A stretch of DNA of 60,482 nt, the filler included, from Callorhinchus milii (taxonomy: Eukaryota): the NCBI RefSeq assembly GCF_018977255.1. It is 3 parts of 3 records of this genome, joined end to end, with 100 filler letters (N's around TTAATTAATTAA, not from the genome) between each part and the next. Parts side by side here need not be neighbours in the genome. Positions count along the whole stretch, not along the records: positions 20,743 to 49,349 come from NW_024704746.1; 2 more parts are not named here. The stretch is one strand, 5' to 3'. Shown in pieces: positions 23,080 through 33,900 of this stretch (positions within the stretch are counted from its first letter, which is position 1; the number at the start of each line of letters is the position of its first letter). The notes beneath the pieces are model-generated. The model was given only the letters and a program-made list of their open reading frames with translations, made no database searches and was not told the origin of the DNA. The translations under genes and the position numbers were made by a program.

Positions 23080-24200
23080 CCACAGCTCCCTCCCCTCTAC
23101 CTGCACTCCTCTCTCTTCCTCTCTGTCTGTCTGTGTGTCTCTCTCACTGACTATCTACCGCTCTCTGTCACTGTATGTGTGTGTCTCTCTGTCACCCTGT
23201 CATCCTGTTTCTCTCCCTCACACACTCTTTCTTTGAGTGTCCTACTGTGTCTCTCACACACTCCCTCTCTCATACACTTCCTCTATCTGTCTCTCTCACT
23301 CACACACACACACACACCCTCTCAGTCTCTCACACACTCTCTATGTCTCACACATAGAATGTCTCACACTCTTTGTGTGTCTCACACACTCACTCTCACA
23401 CACTCCTTCTGTCTCTCACACATTCTCTCTGTCTCTCACACACTCCCTCTCTTTCTGTCTCTCACCCGGTCTCTGTGTCTCTCACACACTCTCTCTCTCT
23501 GTGTCTCTCTCACACTCCCTCTCTCTGTGTCTCACACACTCCCTCTCTCTGTGCCTCTCTCACACACTCCCTCTCTCTGTCTCTCTCACACTCCCTCTCT
23601 GTGTCTCACACACTCCCTCTCTGTGTCTCAAACACTCCCTCTCTCTGTGCCTCTCTCACACACTCCCTCTCTCTGTGCCTCTCGCACACTCTCTCTGTGC
23701 CTCTCTCACTCTCCTTCTGTGTCTCTCTCACACACTCCCTCTCTCTCACACATTCCCTCTCTCTGTCTCTCTCTCACACACTCCCTCTCTCTGTGTCTCT
23801 CTCACACACTCCCTCTCTGTGTGTCTCTCTCACACACTCCCTCTCTGTGTCTCTCTCACACACTCCCTCTCTCTCTGTGTCTCTCTCACACACTCCCTCT
23901 CTCTGTGTCTCTCTCACACACTCCCTCTGAGTCTCTCACACACACTCCCTCTCTCTGTGTCTCTCACACACACTCCCTCTCTCTGTGTCTCTCTCACACA
24001 CTCCCACTCTCTGAGTCTCTCTCACACACTCCCTCTCTCCCTCTCACACATTCCCTCTCTCTGTCTCTCACACACACTCCCTCTCTCTGAGTCTCTCACA
24101 CACTCCACTCCGTCTCTCTATGTCTCTCTCACACACTCCTCTCTCTCTGTGTCTCTCTCACACACTCCACTCCCTCTCTCTGTGACCGTCTCAGTTTCTG
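23080..24200. repeat. CT/CA-rich degenerate satellite (CTCTCTCACACACTCCCTCTCT-like)
   Basis: Low-complexity pyrimidine-rich repeat on +. Confidence 0.9.
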
Positions 24201-24295
24201 TCTGAGTGGGACCCGCGTCACATGGCGGCCACACACCAATCAGATCAGGGCTGCCATTACCCTGGCAACCCCCCGACTCTCACCGGGGGCCAGGA

Positions 24296-26807
24296 ACACA
24301 GTCACCAACACCGCCAGGGCCCCCCCACACAGTCACCAACACCGCCAGGGCCCCCGAACACAGTCACCAACACCGCCAGGGCCCCCCACACAGTCACCAA
24401 CACCGCCAGGGCCCCCGAACACAGTCACCAACACCGCCAGGGCCCCCGAACACAGTCACCAACACCGCCAGGGCCCCGAACACAGTCACCAACACCGCCA
24501 GGGCCCCCGAACACAGTCACCAACACCGCCAGGGCCCCGACACACAGTCACCAACACCGCCAGGGCCCCCGAACACAGTCACCAACACCGCCAGGGCCCC
24601 CGAACACAGTCACCAACACCGCCAGGGCCCCCAACACAGTCACCAACACCGCCAGGGCCCCCCAACACAGTCACCAACACCGCCAGGGCCCCCCAACACA
24701 GTCACCAACACCGCCAGGGCCCCCCCACACAGTCACCAACACCGCCAGGGCACACAGTCACCAACACCGCCAGGGCCCCCCCACACAGTCACCAACACCG
24801 CCAGGGCCCCCCAACACAGTCACCAACACCGCCAGGGCCCCCGACACACAGTCACCAACACCGCCAGGGCCCCCCACACAGTCACCAACACCGCCAGGGC
24901 CCCCCACACAGTCACCAACACCGCCAGGGCCCCCGAACACAGTCACCAACACCGCCAGGGCCCCCGAACACAGTCACCAACACCGCCCCCCGACACAGTC
25001 ACCAACACCGCCAGGGCCCCCGACACAGTCACCAACACCGCCAGGGCCCCCGACACACAGTCACCAACACCGCCAGGGCCCCCAAACACAGTCACCAACA
25101 CCGCCAGGGCCCCCCAACACAGTCACCAACACCGCCAGGGCCCCCAACACAGTCACCAACACCGCCAGGGCCCCCCCACACAGTCACCAACACCGCCAGG
25201 GCCCCCGAACACAGTCACCAACACCGCCAGGGCCCCCCAACACAGTCACCAACACCGCCAGGGCCCCCGAACACAGTCACCAACACCGCCAGGGCCCCCG
25301 AACACAGTCACCAACACCGCCAGGGCCCCCAACACAGTCACCAACACCGCCAGGGCCCCCGAACACAGTCACCAACACCGCCAGGGCCCCCGAACACAGT
25401 CACCAACACCGCCAGGCCCCCGAACACAGTCACCAACACCGCCAGGGCCCCCGAACACAGTCACCAACACCGCCAGGGCCCCCGAACACAGTCACCAACA
25501 CCGCCAGGGCCCCCCAACACAGTCACCAACACCGCCAGGGCCCCCGAACACAGTCACCAACACCGCCAGGGCCCCGAACACAGTCACCAACACCGCCAGG
25601 GCCCCCGAACACAGTCACCAACACCGCCAGGGGCCCCCGAACACAGTCACCAACACCGCCAGGGCCCCCGAACACAGTCACCAACACCGCCAGGGCCCCC
25701 GAACACAGTCACCAACACCGCCAGGGCCCCCCCACACAGTCACCAACACCGCCAGGGCCCCCGAACACAGTCACCAACACCGCCAGGCCCCCGAACACAG
25801 TCACCAACACCGCCAGGGCCCCCGAACACAGTCACCAACACCGCCAGGGCCCCCAAACACAGTCACCAACACCGCCAGGGCCCCGAACACAGTCACCAAC
25901 ACCGCCAGGGCCCCCCAACACAGTCACCAACACCGCCAGGGCCCCCCAACACAGTCACCAACACCGCCAGGGCCCCCCAACACAGTCACCAACACCGCCA
26001 GGGCCCCCGAACACAGTCACCAACACCGCCAGGGCCCCCGAACACAGTCACCAACACCGCCAGGGCCCCCAAACACAGTCACCAACACCGCCAGGGCCCC
26101 CGAACACAGTCACCAACACCGCCAGGGCCCCCGAACACAGTCACCAACACCGCCAGGGCCCCCGAACACAGTCACCAACACCGCCAGGGCCCCCAAACAC
26201 AGTCACCAACACCGCCAGGGCCCCCGAACACAGTCACCAACACCGCCAGGGCCCCCGAACACAGTCACCAACACCGCCAGGGCCCCCAAACACAGTCACC
26301 AACACCGCCAGGGCCCCCGACACACAGTCACCAACACCGCCAGGGCCCCCGAACACAGTCACCAACACCGCCAGGGCCCCCGAACACAGTCACCAACACC
26401 GCCAGGGCCCCCCAACACAGTCACCAACACCGCCAGGGCCCCTGAACACAGTCACCAACACCGCCAGGGCCCCGAACACAGTCACCAACACCGCCAGGGC
26501 CCCCGAACACAGTCACCAACACCGCCAGGGCCCCCGAACACAGTCACCAACACCGCCAGGGCCCCCGAACACAGTCACCAACACCGCCAGGGCCCCCGAA
26601 CACAGTCACCAACACCGCCAGGGCCCCCCCACACAGTCACCAACACCGCCAGGGCCCCCGAACACAGTCACCAACACCGCCAGGGCCCCCGAACACAGTC
26701 ACCAACACCGCCAGGGCCCCCGAACACAGTCACCAACACCGCCAGGGCCCCCGAACACAGTCACCAACACCGCCAGGGCCCCCGAACACAGTCACCAACA
26801 CCGCCAG
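24296..26807. repeat. About 30-31-bp minisatellite (CACAGTCACCAACACCGCCAGGGCCCCCGAA), about 80 copies
   Basis: 2.5 kb of highly homogeneous units varying only in the C-run and GAA/CAA/CCA/AAA segment. Confidence 0.97.
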
Positions 26808-26834
26808 TGGCTCAGGCTCATCCCTGTACTATTT

Positions 26835-27146
26835 CTTAATAATAATAATAATAATCTTCGCATTTGATACAGCGCTTTTCACGTCGGGAGGACGTCCCGA
26901 AGCGCTTCACAGAACACACTGTAAAGTGAATTGACTGTATATTTGTGGGCGAACGCGGCAGCCAATTGCGCACAGCAATGTCCCACAAACAGTCGTAGAT
27001 TGAAAATGACCAATTTATTATTGTTTTTGGTTTTGGAGGATTATTATTAGGCTCTGTGTGGAGTAAGGAAACTTGCCCAAGGTTTCGCCTGGAATTGAAC
27101 TCAGGTCTCTCACTTGCAAAGCGAGTGCTCTAACCACTGAGCTACT
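26835..27146 (-). mobile_element. Young SINE subfamily copy
   Basis: Near-identical to 3690-4018, with a small internal deletion in the head. Confidence 0.9.
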
Positions 27147-27974
27147 TAAATAAGAAAAAAAAATCACTAATTTGATGTTCTCCAGTACCCCCCACCCGCG
27201 TATATATATATTATATATATAACACAGACACCTACCCTCTCCCATATCTCACTGTACCCAGGAAGGCAACCGCAGGGTCCCACTGCGGCCATCAGTTTCA
27301 GGATTGTAACTCGTACCTGTACCCCAGGTACGCGAGTCAATGATGGGATGGGATGGGATGTGATGGGATGGCCTCTCCGGCAGGGGAAGCCTGGCCTGAG
27401 CCTCGCGACCGTGTCCTCAAGTGGTTCCAGTATCCCCGCTTCCTCTGTGTGAGGGCAGATGTGAGGGAGGATTGTGGAGACTCGTAGCTCTGAGGTTAAA
27501 GCACTGGCACCTCAAGCGAGAGACTTGGGTTTGATTCCCGGGCAGGGTGAAACGTTGAATTGGTTTCCTTACTCCACGCGCCTCTGTTTACTTGGCAGTG
27601 AGTAGGAACCTGGTTGTTAGTCAATTGGCGGATCGCTTTTCCAGGGGTAATAAGTCCTTTAAAAAAACGGTCACTTAATCCACGACTGTTTGTGGGACAC
27701 TGCTGTGCGCAATTGGCTGCCGCGTTCCACCCATAAAATATAGTCAATGCACGTCATAGTATATTCTGTGAAGCACTGTGAGACATCTCAAAGACGTAAT
27801 AAGGCGCTATATCAAATGCAAGAATTATTATTATTATAGATCACACTCCTCAGGTGGGAAGTGCTGCAACACTGACCCCAACCAACAGGGGACTGACAGC
27901 ACAACTGTAGCCAAGAGCTCAATCCTTCCCATATCCGGTTATGGGTGAGATTCTGTCATGGTAACCAACGACAC

Positions 27975-28580
27975 CTCTCACCTGTACACACCTCTCACCT
28001 GTGCTCAGGTGCACACCTCTCACCTGTACACACCTCTCACCTGTACACACCTCTCACCTGTGCTCAGGTGCACACCTCTCACCTGTACACACCTCTCACC
28101 TGTACACACCTCTCACCTGTGCTCAGGTACACACCTCTCACCTGTACACACCTCTCACCTGTACACACCTCTCACCTGTGCTCAGGTACACACCTCTCAC
28201 CTGTGCTCAGGTACACACCTCTCACCTGTACACACCTCTCACCTGTGCTCAGGTGCACACCTCTCACCTGTACACACCTCTCACCTGTACACACCTCTCA
28301 CCTGTACACACCTCTCACCTGTACACACCTCTCACCTGTGCTCAGGTACACACCTCTCACCTGTGCTCAGGTACACACCTCTCACCTGTACACACCTCTC
28401 ACCTGTGCTCAGGTGCACACCTCTCACCTGTACACACCTCTCACCTGTGCTCAGGTACACACCTCTCACCTGTACACACCTCTCACCTGTACACACCTCT
28501 CACCTGTGCTCAGGTACACACCTCTCACCTGTACACACCTCTCACCTGTACACACCTCTCACCTGTGCTCAGGTACACAG
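27975..28580. repeat. Mixed 17-bp/25-bp minisatellite (CACACCTCTCACCTGTA / CACACCTCTCACCTGTGCTCAGGT[A/G])
   Basis: Two related units interspersed; about 30 units. Confidence 0.95.
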
Positions 28581-28589
28581 CTCTCACTT

Positions 28590-29150
28590 GTGAGGTCGGC
28601 TTCAAAATGACCCACACCCCCGGGGCCCAGGCACTCGCCCGCCCGCCCGCCCCGGGGGTGGAGGGAGGGAGGGAGGGAGGGAGGACCTACCTCCGATGTC
28701 AGCAAACCACACGCGCTCGGGCGAGGCTGAGGCCTGCTGCTCGGCGCCGCACACGCCGGGTTGGAGCCTCTCATATTTCCACAGGGTGGGGTTTGCCATC
28801 AGGCCTGGGGGCGGCGGGCGGTCAGGGCATTGCCTGGGCGCGGGGCGGGTCTGAGGCCTACCCGCCGCGGGCCCCCCGCCTCAGGGGCCGCTCTGTGACG
28901 TTCCTCCCCCGGTAACACTGCGAGGGCCTGACCCGCGGCCCGAGCCGCAGTGCGGCCGGTGTCACAATCGGACCGGCTCAGAGCCCTGACACCGGGACAC
29001 CGGGACACCGGGCACCCACCCACCCACCCACTCAGCCACGGCCGGGCCCGGAGCCGCCGACACTCTCATTGCTGACTCCCTCCCGCCTGAGGCCTCGGGT
29101 GATGGCCGCCCCTCGTGAAGCGGCCTGAGGGAGGGGAGCAGTTACAGAGG
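28590..29150. promoter_or_regulatory. CpG island (candidate distal CDC14A promoter)
   Basis: Very GC- and CpG-rich unique sequence between repeats; contains an ATG-to-donor exon candidate. Confidence 0.6.
28691..28799 (-). CDS. CDC14A: Candidate alternative first coding exon of CDC14A
   Basis: ATG...MANPTLWKYERLQPGVCGAEQQASASPERVWFADIG + G|GTAGGT; the phase-1 donor fits the exon 2 acceptor, giving ...VWFADIGDRLYF. Confidence 0.5.
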
Positions 29151-29199
29151 TCCAGGTAACTGACCACCAACCAACCAACGCTCCAGGGTCCTGAACCTG

Positions 29200-29553
29200 A
29201 ATAATAATAATAATAATAATAATATAATAATAATATAATAATAACAATCCTCGCATTTGATATAGCGCTTTTCACGTCAGGAGGACGTCCCGAAGCGCTT
29301 CACAGAACACACTGTAAAGTGAATTGACTGTATATTTGTGGGCGAACGCGGCAGCCAATTGCGCACAGCAATGTCCCACAGACAGTCGTAGATTGAAAAT
29401 GACCAATTTATTATTGTTTTTGGTTTTGGAGGATTATTATTAGGCTCTGTGTGGAGTAAGGAAACTTGCCCAAGGTTTCGCCCTCTGCCTGGGATTGAAC
29501 TCAGGTCTCTCACTGGCAAAGCGAGTGCTCTAACCACTGAGCTACAGGACTCC
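29200..29553 (-). mobile_element. Young SINE subfamily copy, full length
   Basis: Near-identical to 3690-4018; long (ATT)n tail. Confidence 0.9.
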
Positions 29554-29554
29554 A

Positions 29555-30260
29555 AGATACTGGAACATCAAGATCAGTTCAGATGAGGAAGGTCCATCTG
29601 TCCCTCTAATCTCGTTCTTCCAGAACTGCCCATCCCACCGACCTCCCCTCGCAGCATCCAACTGTTTCATTAACTTGAGCCTCAGTGTCCTGTCCTGGAC
29701 CAGCCTGTTCCACTCATTGATCACCTTCTGGGTAAAGAAATATTTCCTGGTTGTCTGACCTGAAATTGCCCTTCACAATTCTAAACCCATTTCCTCTTGT
29801 TCTGCAGCACATCCTAAAGTATTGATTTGGGTTTACTTTTTCAATCCCATGAACATTTTATATGGTCCACTTTGAGAAGTCTTATCTCGAGACTGAAGAG
29901 CCCAAGCTTTGTCTAATTGTTGCTCACAATCTCATTCCTCTTACACAAGTCATCAGGCTTATTGCTCTCCTCTGCACAGCCTCGAGGGTCCAGAGTGGTG
30001 GCCAGAGCTGGGTTTGGCCTGACCAGAGCACTGTGGAGCTTCAGTGTGATGGCTGGAAATCTGGAGACACTGATGGCTTCAGCAGCATTGATGATGTGAC
30101 AAGCTGAAGGGCCTTCTTCATCTGGGTTTGGATTTCAGCTGTTGAACAGGCTCCCTAGGGAGACGGTTGAAGCAAGAAGTGTCAATTCTTTCAAACACAG
30201 ATTAAATAGTTTTTTTAGGAAATAACATTATGGGATATAGTACATAGTAGTTTGGAACAT
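29555..30260. mobile_element. Decayed CR1 fragments (opposite orientations)
   Basis: CR1 3'-region-like sequence on - (29555-30010) and + (30130-30260). Confidence 0.5.
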
Positions 30261-30602
30261 ATGAACATGCGACCGCCAGGAAGCTGGAAGGCGAACTAGA
30301 TGGACCTTGATTTTTTTTCATCTAGCTTTTCGTATGTTCTTATGATAAAGGGAGGACAGTTTGGAGTGAACACTGAAGCCAATTTCATGATTGTACCTAG
30401 GCTACACATGTATGTGACCCTGGCACCATACCCCAGGGTACAGCACACTCCCAGGCTTACTGTAAATCCAGGCTTTTCTGAACTCAGGAGCAACCTGTAA
30501 GTAGACTTCACAATTATCAGTTAGTGCGGGCTCTATTCAGGAAGTGAGGTGTGGATTCAGTGTTATAATTAACTGTAAAATACAATGATCCACAATATGA
30601 TG

Positions 30603-30608
30603 TTTATT
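30603..30608 (-). terminator. Candidate RTCA polyadenylation signal AATAAA
   Basis: TTTATT on +, 300 nt downstream of the RTCA stop codon. Confidence 0.45.
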
Positions 30609-30907
30609 GTGTTTTGGTGGATGTCTGGCAGGCCCAGAGGACACCTACAAGCCAGGAGAAAATAAACATTGAATTCCTCAGTATCAGTAGCCATGCCATT
30701 GTACACCCATCTCCACACAATCCTTTAAACGCTGTATTCTTGTGTAGTTTATAACCTCAATATTTTCACAATCATCTTCTGGATTTGAATGATCATCAAA
30801 TTGGATAAATAATCTTTCCATTCCTGAGCTCTTCCCCGGCTTCCTCTTCACATTGTCCACGGTGTCCGTCCCGGTTTGGCACAAGCTTCAGGCAATGAGC
30901 CTCAGTG

Positions 30908-33900
30908 TCAGAAATTGGGGTTCGTCATTCCAATCCCTTCACATTCTATGGTGAAACTCTCTTGTCCAGGTTCTTGCTCACTGGATTTATTCACTGTAAA
31001 CTTAGCCTGAAAGAGATTGAGCATGTTTATGTATCCATTTTACAGTCACATTACACAAAATATTATTGCATTCAGTCTATGAAATGTAATTCAGTTACTA
31101 GTTCCCTGAAGCACAGCAACAACTCAGGAACTTTCGTCCAAGTTTATCTCTGATTAACATTCCTGAAGTAAATTAAATTCTGAATAAAATTCTGGGTATA
31201 GATTACATGCAAACAATATTCAAAGCGCTTTACAAAGACAATGTAGATCACTGAGGTGGGGCGGGGGAAGAAGAGGTCCTCTCATGTGTAGTTAGAGTTT
31301 TACTCTGTCTCTAAACCTGACTTGGGAGTGTGGACAGACAGTGTAGAGGGAGCTTTACTTTGTGTCTAAACTGTGCTGCACCGATAACCAGGCAACAAAA
31401 CCTAATGATCCAAATTCTGACCTCATACACCTCAATGACAATAAAATGCACAGTAAATATACAGTTTTAAATATAACAAATATAGTATTACTCAGAAAAA
31501 TCAGAAACTACCTTGGTTAGCATCTCTGCGAAGTGTATAGCGGTCTGGGTGTGCAGGGTCACCGGCCCACTCCTCACTCTAGAGTGGCCATTAGCCAGAG
31601 CCATGAATATGATGATCTGAGAAGAGAGAATGTTTTGCTGACATTGAGCTGTCTGCTCCCCTATCTCTATCTGTCGGAGTCTCCCACACCCCTCCCCCCT
31701 TCTCTCAGATGCTGAGCTTTTCCAAGCTCTGCATTATGAGCAGATATAAGATTTCAGTCAAACACGACATTTGCGAATGATGAGATGATGTTGGGCATTG
31801 CTGATGGATACATGAGAGTTACATTAGGAAAGCGTCAGGATTTCAGGCTGTCAGACTGTGCAGCTAATCCGATTCTGACCAGGTATGTAAGAGTAGTTAA
31901 GGCAGCTTCCCCAATAGGCTGGGTAGCACTGAGTGGCTAGGAGAGGGTCAGTCCCAGGTGCCATATCGCTCTCTGCAGTTATTGATCTCTGTTGGGGCCA
32001 GTTCTGCTCGCCTGCTATGTTCCAGCCTCTGATGGACACTGTTGGAACTGGTTCCCACACCCACTCCAGATCAGAGCAACGACAGAAATGTTTAATAATG
32101 AGTATAAACTCTGACGTCACTCAATCCCCACCTGATCCTGAAGGTGCTCGTCCACACAGCCCCCATGTTGCAGGCTTTTTAGCAGCAACTCTGCGGCTTC
32201 TGTTCCCACTTTATCTGCAGGAACACCTGGGGATGTGGGAGGGCAGACATGAAGTCAATCAGGATCCGCCCATGTCTTCACACACGTAAACACTAAACTG
32301 CGTGGCTAGAACATTTGTTAAGCCCTTTAGCTGCAGGACCTTTGATACCACAGTTACACACAGAGACAGCACTCTGTCACACCTTCACCATTGCAGTTTA
32401 GTTTCTATCTTTTGCCCACAAAATTTAGAGTCAATTCACTTTAGAGTAAATTCTGTGAAGCGCTTTGAGACGTCTCGTAGCATGATAATAATAATCCTTG
32501 CATTTGATATAGCACTTTTCACATCTAGACATCTCAAAGCGCTTCACAGAATATACTGTAAAGTGAATTGACTGCATATTTTGTGGCGAAACGTGGCAGC
32601 CAATTGCGCACAGCAGTGTCCCACAAACAGTCATGGGTTGAAGTGACCAATTTATTATTGTTTTTTGAGGGATTATTATCACGTGTGTGGAGTAAGGAAA
32701 CTTGCCCAAGTTTCACCCTGCTGGGAATCGAACCCAGATCTCTCGCCCTAAGCACTGAGCTACAGGACTCCACGGCGCTATATCAAATGCAATGTTTATT
32801 ATTATCTTTATATAATTACAATGTTGGGAAATCGCACGCACCTCTTTTCCCCAACGCAGACCCAGCCAGGACACACCCTGTAGATGTTTCAGCAAAAATA
32901 CTGGGAGAAGGACAATGAAAATCCACTTTAAACACAATAATAACTGAATAAAGAAAAGAAACAACACTTTCAGAAAACATCAGTTTTGCCACAGTCACTG
33001 AGCAGCTGAGATGTGTAGGCAGTCACTGAGCCCAGTGTCCCAGACTGAGGGAGTCCCTGAGCCCAGTGACCCCACGCACTCAACGTGGAATGTGGAGCTC
33101 GCACACCCGGATGCCATTGAAATGATTCCGCAATTAATCAACAACCATCTTGTGTTTCTTACATAATTCCATTTCCATTTCCAAAAGCCTTGTCCTGGGG
33201 CTCCTTCACCACTTGTATGTCCACAGCCATGTTTCCCATCTCTCGCTGGAGGCACCGTGTAGCTGCAGACGCCATGTCCTTCGCAAGCTGGTGAGAGGAA
33301 GTTACCCAGGTACACAGAAAACACAGCAACTCGAGTTGGTGAGTCAGTGACGAATTTAACATAGTTAAATCTTAATTAATTACTAACTATTAAATTTAAC
33401 TATTATTCACTAATAGCCTACACATTTATTTACAGAGAAGTTGAGAATGTGGAATGCCCTGCTGTGTGTGGCGGTCAAGGCAGGATCCATGTTAGCTTTC
33501 CAGAGGGAACTATATACATACATTAAAAAGTTACATTCATTAGCGACTTTTACGTTAGGAGGATGTCCCTAGGGGGTTAGATGTCTAAGGAGGAATAATC
33601 CGCGGGGATTTGAGGGTGGACAAAGCAGGTAATTGGGAGTGCATGGGTTGTTCTTTCAGAGCAGCCATACACGATGGATCCAGTTTCTAACTTCGAGCTA
33701 AAGACAAACTCCTCGACTGGAGCAATTAATAGTCTGGACAATTGCCCGACCTGTATCTGGACCCTCAGTGACTCACAATCTCACCCCCAAATACATTCCC
33801 TCACTCTCTCATCACTCCCACCCCAAGCAGTAAAGCTAAGGATATTCCTGTGAGTAAAACTGGCAGCGATTAGTCAGCTTGAATCTGATTCTACTAAAAA

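Noticed and set aside
968-26807. CRISPR-like arrays (28-bp and 30-bp repeats)
   Set aside because: Units are directly adjacent with no unique spacers; the context is eukaryotic with no cas genes.
24206-26867. 877- and 881-aa ORFs (mucin- or His/Pro-rich-like)
   Set aside because: They arise from a stop-free 30-bp minisatellite open in several frames; no splice or start context supports translation.
30684-30884. Short ORF (MERLFIQFDDHSNPEDD...) just downstream of the RTCA stop
   Set aside because: It lies in the presumptive 3' UTR, the track start is TTG, and it has no recognisable homology or splice support.
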